64,000 nt of DNA from Lingula anatina (Eukaryota; Animalia; Brachiopoda), in NCBI GenBank assembly GCA_051362555.1, contig CM120642.1, positions 24,738,001 to 24,802,000 of the forward strand. The letters run 5' to 3'. The translations under genes and the position numbers were made by a program. The notes below the pieces were generated by a model. The model saw only the letters and a list, made by a program, of their open reading frames with translations. It did no database searches and was not told where the DNA came from. This document shows positions 37,469 through 49,274 of the stretch, piece by piece. Every line of letters begins with the position of its first letter. Position 1 is the first letter of the stretch.

Positions 37469-40400
37469 GAAGAGGAGTTTCGCTGACGTGTGTATTATCA
37501 TTCACATCTTTTTGTCGATTTCTTTAATTTCAGCAATATTAAATGGTTTTCCAACACCTTACAAATATACTGTAATGGAGTTCATATCCATAGATCCATA
37601 GAATACCTGTGTTATATGAATGTTTTGCTTAGCTTAATTCTTTGCTGATTTGATCACATCTGAGACACGGGTTGATGGGAACCATGCTCTAATTGGACTG
37701 AACCCAAAGTCTTATGTAGAGAGTCAGACACAAACAAAAGGAGTATTTGGGAATAGACCTGTAACAGAAAGAAACATAACCTTTAAAAAAGATGAGGGGG
37801 GGTTCGCAATAATCGTCGCCCGTCTAATATCAGCTTATCAAAGAAACCAGGGGAAACAACAAACAGTAGGTTTACCATCACTTCCACCGGGACATCAGAT
37901 GTGACCAAGTCAATAAAGAAGCCGGACGCAACGGTCATCAACGAAAAGGACTACACAAATTTTTTCCAAATTTACTACATAAGATCCAGGGGGTTACTTA
38001 GACTATTGCAACACATTTTCCAAATTCAGAGCAGTTTTAAAAATATATATATTCCGAAGATCTTAGATCTTCTGATACACCCTATATCATATTTTATTCG
38101 ACCCTCATCTGTATTAAAGCAAATGTGGACGGAACTATAACGTAACTTGAGATAAGCACCCCTGATTTTACAAGAACAAGATTACCAATCTTGTCTCATA
38201 AACCACCGGTTGTTATGTCTGTAGCTTTGAAAGCATTCCAAAGAGATTAAAGTTATTTGCTTTCTATGTTTCATTGTCGTCTAAGACTTTGAGACTTTAA
38301 CTGTCATAGTGTAAATAATGTCATTGTATTTGAAACATTAGTATCTTGAATATTTGTAATCTTATATAGGTGTAAATTATAGAGAGGGACAGAGTAAACG
38401 CAAATTTCGCTATCATGGCAATCATTACACAACCCACTTGTATGTGAAAGTTTATACATAAACCCGTGCCAACATCACATACATAGAACACATCCTTGAG
38501 AGACCTCGTCATAACGGCAATGTATATAAATTCTTATAAAAATACGGTGTTTGGGTGGCAAACGCCCAACTACATACTCCATTTGCATACTTTTAAGAAT
38601 ATATAGTCACCAAAATATACACGCCTAAGTATTATCTCCATAAATAAAACATTTTGTCAGTACAGAGTTGCTGTCTTGTGCATGTAGGGCCAGAGTTTGT
38701 TCTTTTACTAATATACGCACGTATTATACCTGGTTTGCTTTGGTTAGACAACCTCCTAAAATGTTGCCTTTTCAAATGTATGTTTTTTTAGCCTACCGGA
38801 TGTGACAATGAGCTGCACTCGAAGGCCGTTTTTGATTGGTGCGGAGTTTGCCAAGGCGACAATTCTACGTGTCACGTGATCTCTGGCTATATCACATTAT
38901 CTATAGGGATGGGTAAGTAACTGTGACGCACGGGTTGTTTTTGTTTAAGCTCATCGACTGTGACAACTTTTCAACTGCTAATCAAAGTACAATATTTCGC
39001 TAGTAGACTTCAAAATCGTATCGTAAAGCTTCCAGCACCTTTCGGTTAAAGAATCTGAATTGGGTTAACGTTAAAACTTAAAAACCTATCATTACCAACA
39101 TTTTTTTTACTTTCATTCGGTTTGTAAATTTCTTCCCATAGAGTCAAAAACTGTACTTCACCTTCCTCGGCGCGCGCGACACATCGTCATACGGGAGGAA
39201 ACACAGACTGTGGCAGTGTTCGGTAAGATTGTTCCCATTTTCTAGATAAACAATATGTGACTATCAACTGCGTTTTTTTCTGATTTATCACAATCACAAA
39301 AATATGTAATCAAACTGCATGGAAAATACCTCAGTGCTTATATATTTTATAGCATTTAATATACATGTAACAAAAATCAAATGAATAAACCAAAGAGAAA
39401 TTTATAAAAACACACTCAAGCACTCGTGTAAACATCTTTTTGCCATTTATTTAGGCAAATTTTTGTATAACTTTAAAGGGTCCTTAAAGATACATTTTAT
39501 CTTAAATCTTATTTTGATATATAGTTCTTATGTCTCAAAGGCATGTTGTCCCCCCCCCCCCCCCCTTAAAAAATCTGGAATTACTCATTGCCACACGAAT
39601 TGAAATTTCCAAGTTTTCATGTAACAATTACAGGCCTTAGCTAACGGCAGAAAAACGTAGTCTTGAAAACTTACCGTTTTGAGTTTGTTTTCCAATTGAC
39701 TGCTTTTTTCTTATATTAGAACATTATCGGTGACACCACGAGAAGTTCTTCTAATTAGTCCTTACATTACAGCCATAAAGGACAGTCGGGAGCTTTACTA
39801 TATCAGCGGATACAGTGTGTACCCCATGGGCCGACAAAACATCGGAGGCACGGTGTTCTGGTACTATCATCCAATCTATGACGGAGAACACGAGAGAATG
39901 GCGGCAGAGGGTCCCATCAACAGAGAGCTTACGGTGGTGGTTGGTATAAATCTTTGACACTGGAACCGTTCTCAGTAGAGTTATTTATATATAAAAAAAT
40001 GAACGAGTGGTTGCATTGGGTGCAATGAAAGTAAACGATTTTGTGCACCGTCTATTTCGGTAATATATTGGCATTTGTATTACTTTCAGGTTGAATATTA
40101 TTTAAATGATAGAATAAGACTTAAATCTAGCCGTTTGCATTTCTTTCTATCCATGTATCAATTATTTAGCCTTACTTTCGTAGGCAAAGAAGTGAACTTT
40201 ACAGATGCTGTGAAATATCAAGAAATAAAACGATCTCTTAGGTAAAGGTACATGTACATTGTATAACTCCTGTTGAATCTGGGCATTGTTGTATGCCCGC
40301 AATGGATCCCATAACGTTAATTGCATGACATATCAAACTCTGTTTTTGGTTTCAGGTTTTATCAAGAAATAAGAAAACTGACACTGTTAAGGTGTACTAC

Positions 40401-43400
40401 GAGTATACCGTTCCACTGCAGATCTATCCTGATATTTACAAAGGGAAAGATGATGCTAAAATCCCAAACAGTTCCTCTGCACCATTATTGGAACATAGTT
40501 TATCGACCACTCATGAAACAACTGTAGCACCAACGGAGCCACCAAAAAGAAACGTTAAACATAGTGATGGAGCAACAGACTATCCCACCCGTTCCAGTCA
40601 CAAAAAGAATGGTTTCGTGACAGAAAATGAAATATCTGAGAAGATGCATAGAGCACATAGCCTTCAGCGAGAGAAAATATATGATAACGATGAAATAGGC
40701 AATGTCCCCAAAGCGCCATCTGATATAGCATTAAAACTACCGTACAAAATTACTGAAGATGAACAAGAAAATTCAAAGAATTCATCACCTTTACTGCCAT
40801 CACTACCTACAAAAATCGGAACAACAGTGACAGCTCAACCTAAAAAGCAAATACTCCTTAAAAGCAATATATCGTACGCTCCTGTAGGAAATCTAGATGT
40901 AGCCCCTAGTGTAGAAAAAGCTACAGTTTCTGGATCTCCAAAAAAACATGTGATTCCTTCAAATGTTCGCTCAGATGCTGCGCATGCGCAGTCAATCTCT
41001 TCTGACGCCATGACATCGACGTTGTCACCTTCAACATTCGCTGTGACGTCACCAACATTTCTGTTAATTAAGACATCGTCGTCATCATCATCATCATTAT
41101 TTAATTTAAATATGCCTCAAAATGCATTTAAAACGCAAGAAACCTCAACGGCAATCACAAAAGCGCCAGCAACGACACCAACGCCTTTACGGATAATGCT
41201 AGCGCCTCCTCCCCCGATGCCTTTGATAATGAAACCAAAACCTAAACGCTTAATGAATGTGATACACGAAACAAGACGACCAGATGCGGCACCTGTATTT
41301 GTTCGGGAATCTTTACTGGACGGCCAGGGACTAGAAGCGACAACTGTAGCATATGGCAAAGACGGTGGGTCGAGCAGAGGAAATCTTAATTATTATTTAA
41401 GACACTTTGGTCTTGGGGTTTCACAAATTCTAAACGTAACCTAACGACCCCTATTTAACCTTTTTAGTTACCTTGTAACTATGCTGAATTCGGGTTCTTT
41501 TAAAAGCCGTTGTCCATGCCTCTAATATGGCTCATCCTGGTTACATTTGTGTCTTATTGTTAACTAGACAAAAAACTGTGCGGATTTCATGCATACTGGC
41601 TTCAGTAAAATTATGATTAGAGGTTTCTGATAAATGTCATTAACCAATTTAGGTGATATGTACATTAACACAACAAAAGACACTGCGCCTTCAAAAGAAG
41701 ATCTGCCTAAAGGTATGGCTTTTAATTTCGTTATTCAAACATTTATCTTAACATGCAGTATGTAGGTTTATCTGTTTTAATCTAACAGTCATGTTTTATA
41801 TGCAGCCATAGTGAATTGGTAATAGTCGAAAAATTTCGCTGCCTTTTATTTTTCAGATAACCTATTTGATTTTTCACGTGCACCGGCCACCAAAACAGTT
41901 TTTGTGCAGACATTATTTTTTATTTTTGCCATTTTGCCATTACCGGCCAGTGCTTAATTGCTTAATCGCCTCATCGTCCTCATAGGCCATTCGCTATAAA
42001 TAATGACCAAGAAAGTCACCAATTTTTCAGTTAGTCTATCGTTATATTTTATATTCATTATTAAAAAAGGTGCATTTCTGTTGTATTTTGGTAGGTGTTC
42101 CCGCCCCAGCGGTTAGCAGTGATTACCGGAATCCTGAGACCAATGCCGAGAAAGCAGACTACAGATGGGTAGTCAATGGAAAAGCTCCTTGCAGCGCCAC
42201 GTGCACTACCGGTAAAAAAATTATATTGTTTCTGCTAGTGACTTTGCCATATTGACAAACGTTAATCATCAGTGTTTGTACATCCGATAATTTGCAGGAA
42301 CCTTATTTGTACCAAGGTTGCCCACTCTTCGGGCTTTTGTCAATAACATGCTAACAATATTTATTTGAGAAAAGTATGTAATATTGGCGAATGTTTGCCT
42401 TCTTTTATGCAGCTCTTTTGCGTAAATCAGAATACTTGCTTTTGTCAAAGTATTTTTAATTATAATTTTTCTTAATAGTTCATTCATATTTGTATGTTTT
42501 GATAAAAGCATTTGATATATCACATGGACGTCACATATGTGTATATTTACTGTGTATATACATTTTAGATGCACTTTGGACTTTTTTGTTATTTTTCTTA
42601 ATATCATTTGATATCTATCATACTTCATTCAGGTCTTCAGTCCACATACGCGCAATGTCAGAGAAAGAACGGGATGGTGGTAGAAGACGCGAACTGTGAC
42701 GAAACCAAGAGACCGGAGCCCACCCACGCTGTGTGCTTCGGAAAGCCGTGTTACGCTAGGTATTGCGCATGCCCCAGTAAGCACGTGACATCTATACTAG
42801 GTCACGTGGATACCACATGGCCACATTGTATACAACAGAGTCCAAACGTTTTTTTCTTCCTTTTTTCTTTTACATTCTTTCTTTCTTTCTTTCTTTTTTC
42901 TTTTTTTTTTTGACCGGGTTAAAAGTCCTGTGCAGTATGAATCAAGTACAGATAATTTGTTTCTAATTTTCTTTTAAGTTTTCTAGCATTTATAAAAAGG
43001 TTAAATAATCTCACTTTCATGTTTCCTGTGTCGTTTTATTATGTATAATTATGGCATTATAAGGAAAAAACACTGGTTTTGAGCACATTAGAGAAGGCAA
43101 TCTTTATTTTGGTATGCGTTATATTTAGGCACTAGTATAGGCCCAGTAATATTATTCTGACAATACTTTGCGCTACGATTCTCTCAGGTGGGTTGAAGGC
43201 TTATGGAGCCAGTGTTCCCGAAGCTGTGGGGACGGGGAACAGTACCGCAATGTTCGCTGCTGGCAGATGATGGCACCGGGCTTCGACAGCAGTGTGCACG
43301 ACTTTCTGTGCGATGCCCGGAGGAAGCCGCAGTATTTAAGACGCTGCAAGGAACGCGACTGTGGACCGCTGTGGCAGGTTTCAGAATGGACAGAGGTACA

Positions 43401-46226
43401 ATTAGTATTCCTGCGTGTTCCATAAGATGTGTGAAAATGGATTGGTATTTGTTTTCGTTTTGTTTGAGAAAGACAAAAGAAGAAGATTACTATTTTTCTC
43501 TAAGAGTGTGGATATAATTTTTGTTTACTTTTGAATAGCCCCCCGCGAAAAATAATAATAATAAAATAAAAATAAATAAACAAAAAATAGTAAATCCCGA
43601 GATCAAGCGTCTTGCTACACAATGTAGTTAGTAGCGAACTATCTATAGAAGAAAATGTAAAGATGTCAGATAACAGCCAACATTCTTGATAAAAAATTCA
43701 ATTGACATAATTGAAATTAGAAATTTGACTGAATCATAGTTCTAAACCGTACCAGATTGCACCGTTCGCCCTCTAAAATACCATTTTTGGGGGTCCTTCG
43801 GCGGCCCCGAATCCCACCCAACATAGACATAGACACCAAGATTACTTAAACGCAATGTGCTAAAGATAAAAGTTTCATGTGCCGTCAAAAATTAGACGGA
43901 TGTGGCGATCTATATGTTATCTATTAGATGGTTGTTTTTTTACCAGTGCTCTACCAAGTGTGGGTACGGGATACAGCGGCGAGAAGTCCGCTGTTCTGCT
44001 CGGCAGGAAGATGAATGTGTGGTGGGGAAGAAGCCAGCACACGAACAGCGGTGTTACCTTGGGCCGTGTGTCAATCAGTGGACGGTCTCTGAGTGGAGTG
44101 AGGTGAGCTGAGTACAACCCACAATTCCCCATTATCATTAGGCCCTATAATTGTATTTGTCATTCTTGTTTAAAGTTCAATTCCGTTCGTAAGATTTTGA
44201 ATTTCTGCCGTCTATTTCATATTCAATATTTTCGAAACGAGTTTGCTTTCTGTCATTTTTTCCATTTTTAATTTATAGCTTATAGGATAGCACATTAATA
44301 CTCGAGTGCAAATGTACAGGAGTAAAGGAAGTGTGTTTATGAGCATGTGCACTCTTGCGCGCACGCGCGCGCGCTTCATGTGTGTGTGCGAGAGAGATAG
44401 AGAGGGAGAGAGGGCATACAGATCCTTTTTTGTTTCAGCTTTAGATAACACATTGAATTACATACATTGTAACACATTAAATGTCTTTAAACACTATCCG
44501 TTGCAGTGCTCCGGACCGTGTGGGTCAGGATTACGTTCACGTAGTGTCACGTGCCGTGACGTCAACGGCAATTACCTTCCCAGCACGCAGTGCGACCAAG
44601 GGAACCGTCCAATCGCCGTCCAGGCCTGTGGAGACCAGCCTACATGCCACCCAACCTGGGTACCACAAGAATGGGGACAGGTCCGTTTACCATTGTTGTT
44701 TTAACTTAAAACAGTATTGCTTTTGTGTCAATGAACATTTAAAACATGATCTATATTTACTGTGACACTAATTGCCGATCTAAATATCAGATGAATATCT
44801 GTCTGCTCAGAAGTACCCTGTAAATATATTCATTAAAAATATATATCCTTCGTGCCCAGTTTGCTGTAATCTTTCTAATAGAAGTCACTACGTCCAATAA
44901 CACGGTTTTCTTTTACTTCCAGTGTTCAGCTGACTGCGGCGAGGGAAGGGCCAACCGAAAGATTCTGTGTGGTGCCGTGGTTAACAATAACTTCATCGTC
45001 CAGCCGGACGCCTACTGCGCCAGCAAGGAGCGGCCTGTCGACGAGGCGACGTGCCAGGCTAAGCCTTGTGAAGCCCAGTGGTTCACTACACAGTGGTCTA
45101 AGGTATGCCAATGGCGAGAATGCCAACATGCCAATACCCCCATTACGCACAAGCGTATGCCATTCCCCCATACACAGTGTAATGAAGGTTTCATAGAGTT
45201 GGGTCGCTTCTTCCTACTTTCATCATTCCTATGAAAGGTTTTTGTCGCTCTGCCCGTCTTAGAGTCTCATTAGTTTAAAAACTAGTCGGTATAAATAATG
45301 AATATGGCAGCCAAGGTAAGATTTTAACTTTGGATGGATAGTTTAGTTGGTTTAGTTTAGTTGGTTTTCCTTATCTTTTTTTTCAATGTAAATTACTTTA
45401 AAGATCAGACTAGTCTTACCCAAATCGTAAATTTCTATATCTAAATCTCTATATCTCCAGTGTTCTAAAACTTGCGGAGATAACGGTGTTCGAGTGAGAA
45501 CGGCCAAGTGCTACAGAAAACACAGTGATAGCACGGCAGCTTGTGATGAAAAGAAGAAACCAGCCACAGTCGAAGTGTGTAACATGCCGCCTTGTGAGCC
45601 CCTTACACCAGGTAACCCCCCCCCCCCCCCCCCAGTGTCGCTAAGCCTAACTTGAAAACGATTTTAGCCTGAAACAAATTTCAAATAAGCGTTATTCGAA
45701 CGAGAAGCACAATCTCTTAAAAAGATTAAATCTGAATAATTTTTTGTGTGAAATAGTCACGGTAAGATATTTTTTGTAAAAATAACGTTGCGAGACACCA
45801 GTTTCGAAAGAAAAGTTTTATCTTTGTAAGGCAAGGATCGGGGTTGAGATAAAAACATCGCCGCAAGCTTTGAATATATGTACAGCCAATTGCTAAACAT
45901 CAAGCAATCAAATTTTTGTGCCGAGTCAGTTGCGTTCCTTGAAAAAAGGAGCATGCACTCAAGTGTATTATGCCATCAATGACTGCTAGGTCATAGCAGG
46001 TATTGGTAAAGGGAGGATAAACCATCCTCTCCATTGTCACCCAATTCTCGTATAAATATTTTTGTTTTGTTTTTAAATAATATTACTTTTTCCAGGTGGA
46101 GGGTGTCGGGACGATAAGACTGCCAACTGTGCCTTAGTTTTACGAGTTCAACTCTGTGATCATTGGTACTATAAGAAGGCCTGCTGCGCTTCTTGCAAAG
46201 CAGACAAAAGAAAGAATGGGTCTTAA
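24652..46226 (+). CDS. ADAMTSL2: ADAMTS-like protein 2 homolog (~1072 aa); exons 24652-24744, 32261-32382, 35865-35940, 36203-36305, 36678-36820, 38792-38912, 39142-39222, 39773-39939, 40356-41364, 41653-41712 (less certain), 42095-42211, 42633-42759, 43188-43395, 43947-44102, 44507-44680, 44923-45102, 45461-45611, 46096-46226
   Basis: Domain order: signal peptide, TSR ([17 protein letters not shown]), Cys-rich module (DGTSC...GICVDGLC...[25 protein letters not shown]), spacer ([11 protein letters not shown]...YEY), low-complexity insert, six more TSRs and a PLAC domain ([23 protein letters not shown]). No metalloprotease domain. [19 protein letters not shown] matches the ADAMTSL2 motif I recall (RCWKMLSPGFDSSVYSDLC). 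All joins are GT-AG and phase-consistent (3219 nt). Confidence 0.92.
26941..27979. mobile_element. 1039-bp foldback non-autonomous DNA transposon with ~420-bp TIRs and 6-bp TSD (IS3EU-like termini)
   Basis: Segment 26941-27360 is nearly the reverse complement of 27560-27979. Termini are TAC...GTA. Direct repeat CGTTTG at 26935-26940 and 27980-27985. Confidence 0.85.
29813..30127. mobile_element. MITE with ~40-bp perfect TIR plus inner inverted repeat (possibly Kolobok-like)
   Basis: AGAATGATGTGATTTTTTTCTTCAGTCAACAGCTAATAT is mirrored at ~30089-30127. Inner inverted repeat GGTGAATAGCCTCTACTCAGGAGGTGTAC-polyC / polyG-GTACACCTCCTGAGTAGAGGCTATTCACC. Flanks are TTAA and TATA. Confidence 0.7.
31721..31966. 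mobile_element. Small MITE, PIF/Harbinger-like termini
   Basis: TIR GGCCCCATTCCCATAGAC / GTCTATGGGAATGGGGTC. Flanks TAA and CAA form an imperfect 3-bp TSD. Confidence 0.5.
34606..34808. mobile_element. Degenerate MITE, PIF/Harbinger-like
   Basis: Imperfect ~50-bp inverted repeat starting GGCCGCGTTCACAATCAGTTGATCTGCGGACTAAC, with ATT on both flanks. Confidence 0.4.
36861..36923. repeat. (CA)n microsatellite
   Basis: Interrupted CA run in an ADAMTSL2 intron. Confidence 0.9.
37433..37467. repeat. (GT)n microsatellite
   Basis: Perfect GT run. Confidence 0.9.
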
Positions 46227-49200
46227 GCCAATTGTGGTAGATGTGACGTACAATCTCATTGTGTTGGTTGAGATTTAAATATTGCTGAGAGTGATTGTGT
46301 TCATTTTGTGTTCGCACTTGCTCGCTGCATTCCAATATATTGACCATTCATAACTTTTTCAATTTTTTTACTTCAATTTTCTTACGAGCAATATTTTAAG
46401 GTTCACAGTATATAAGAAAAAAGAGAACGGCGAACCGTGTTAATAACATTCACTTGGTATCAGTTGAAAGAAATATGACAATTTAAGTGTTTTATATTTA
46501 TTTTATAATGAATTATAATTAAATGTTTCACTTAATCTAGATTTCCTAGTATAAAGTATGTTTGCGATTTTTGCGTTTTCCTTTTTCTTCAAATATTGCT
46601 TATTTGCCAGATTTTCCTTAACTGACTTTAATGTATTAAGTTTTCCAGCAAAGCCACTGCCATGTGTTCAAATTTTCAAAAGAATGTACTGTATTTGTTG
46701 CTCATTCCGTAGTTTGAAGTAGTATTGTGGATAGGTAAACAGCAGTATAGAAAAGACTTTTTGATGGGAGAGGGTTTCTGAACAGGTAAAGCCATGCCAG
46801 TGGCATAATTTTCAGGCACTTTCTGTATAATGCCGGTCGATCTGTGTTAGCATAGAGTTGGGGTGAGGGGGGGGGGCTGTCACTGGCTTTATAATACTCT
46901 TTCATGTATCTGTTCAGAATCGAATGAGGTATTTAGTATCTTGCAATTGCGAGCTTATTCAGGTGTACATGTACCATCAACGAACGTGTGAATCGTGTGC
47001 TTCTTTGAACTGAATTGAAACTGTGTGTATATGAAAAGTGAGCGCATACCAATATACCAATGACAAAGTAAAGTGATATTATTTGTATTTTGATTTATAA
47101 GCTCATCACTGCCAGTTTTCACCGATTAAAATAAAGTCGTGTTATTGCACACAAAAATATTCCTTGTGTATATTTTCATTTTCAATAAGTTTTCTTTTAT
47201 CTCTTTTTTATTTTGCGTCACTGCTCTCTTTCTCACTCGCCAACACAAACTGGTAAGAAGCAAAATGCACTTTATATCAAAACATTTTATTTGTGCTGCA
47301 TTCGTGATACCCTTCACAATAACTTAATTTATCATATAATATACTGTTATAAATACTTAAAATAAAGCACCGTGAAACGTGAGACGTGATGTACGGATTG
47401 ACATCTAATAAGAACCGAATACAATGAAACAAGAGTCACCAATATGTATATATATACAAGCTTGATTTTTACATATATATTTACCAATTTCATTTTCCAC
47501 TCAATTACTGTTGAAAATTGGATATAATATTCAACATTTGCAAAAAATACTCAATTTGGGAAAGTATCAAATGGCACAAGCACAGGAGAATTTAGCGATC
47601 AACTCGTGCCCTAAAAGCTCACTGCCAATTTTTTTATAATCATAGTAGGATTTAATCCTGACCAAGCCATTAGATGGCACTATGTAACAAAAAAATGTAA
47701 GTAGGCTCATAATGTATCACGACTTTAAAGGTAAGCCTTGACTGGGTTTCACTTTTGATTTCTTGATTTCTACAACTGATAAACTTTGGCATGTCTTAAA
47801 TGATCTTTGCACATGAAAATGAATGACTTGTGACTTACTTAAAACCACAAACACGTGAATATTCTAATTTCAACCTTATACCTACTTAATTAAACACCAG
47901 TCTACACAAGGATTTGCATCAAAAATGATAAATGTAATAACATTGTCCTTTTTTGACAAAAATAGTAAGAAACATCAGCTACATATTTCAGATCACTTCA
48001 TCTTACATTCTTTGGCAGACGAAAACAATATTTTGGCTTTTCGAAGAACTATTGTTATAGATAACAAAATGTGACGTTCTTATTATGTGGAATGTACAAT
48101 TTTACACGAAATGTTCTGACTGAATAAATTAAAAGCTTAGCATATAATTAAAAAGTACAAGAACCATTTACCGGCAAGCTTTTCCTGGAATCCGTTAACT
48201 TATAATGGAATATTCAAACAAAAAAAAAATGTATTTAAAATATGCGCTCATTATTCACTAATCAATATCACAACCCTCTGTGCATATATTTGTTGGCTTT
48301 ATATACTTGAATATTGACACACTGTTCTTGCAAATAGACTGAGACAAACTACCCAATTTTGTTTTACTCTGCTTTGGCATATTAATATATATCCACAATT
48401 GTTTGCACCACCATCTGTACATTAAAAAGTGCGTCCAGGTTTTAATAAAAAAAATGAAATTTAAGCGAACACCATTACCTTATTACTTAGAGCACTTATC
48501 AACATATATTTGAGTTTCTAAATCCCTGGATAGAAAACAAAGGCCACCTGGTGATCTAAAACTTTCATAATGTAAGTATAGCTGCTTTTATACTGTTTTT
48601 TTTTTTTTCTTAACGTGGTTTTAAACTTAAAGTATGTTGTTAATTACTTATATCCAACAATTAACACACTCTTCTCTAGTTGCCAATATAATAATAATAA
48701 CAATAATAATAATAATAATTCCGAACCAAAGACACAAAACTGACGCATAATGATATATATACACTGTATGTACGTTATCTGGTACGTTAAAAAGAAGCAT
48801 GGTAATTTTTTGTAAAGTACTTTAGTAAAATGATTGTCTTAATCCTATACGTAACCTCACAGCCGATGTGATTCAATTCGCCTACATATAAACTCTGGTC
48901 GTTAAATCTTGTTTGCCTTAAAGATCAACCAAATACAGACCCATCCAGTTAATCTGATTAACGTGTAAATATAGCGCACGTAACAATACAAATATCGTCT
49001 ATTCTCAATGTTGATTCATGTCCTTGGTGCTGAAGGCTCCAAGTGTTCTTGTTATCTGGGTAGACCTTTTTTGAAACACATTTTAACATAATTCTTTTAA
49101 CATAATTCTTTGCAAAAGTATAACAAAGAACAAAAGTGTTGTTTCAAGAGCATCCGTAGACTTTCCCCATTTTTGAATAACCATGTATATATTTGTAACA

Positions 49201-49274
49201 CGGGTATCAATTTGGGATAGTTTCTTACTTGCAGGCCATAAACTATCAGAGATGTCCTGCTTGAATCTGAATCA

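Noticed and set aside
37650-38140. Possible old Penelope RT remnant ([15 protein letters not shown] resembles I..ADKG..VV)
   Set aside because: Only one weak motif, with no downstream PKIHK/RP or YVDD equivalents visible.
40392-41444. Stand-alone 350-aa mucin-like gene
   Set aside because: It is internal exon 9 of the ADAMTSL2-like gene (acceptor 40356, donor 41364).
46227-49274. Overlapping convergent 3' UTRs of ADAMTSL2 and AJM1
   Set aside because: Several AATAAA and TTTATT hexamers exist in this AT-rich gap, so transcript ends cannot be placed from sequence alone.
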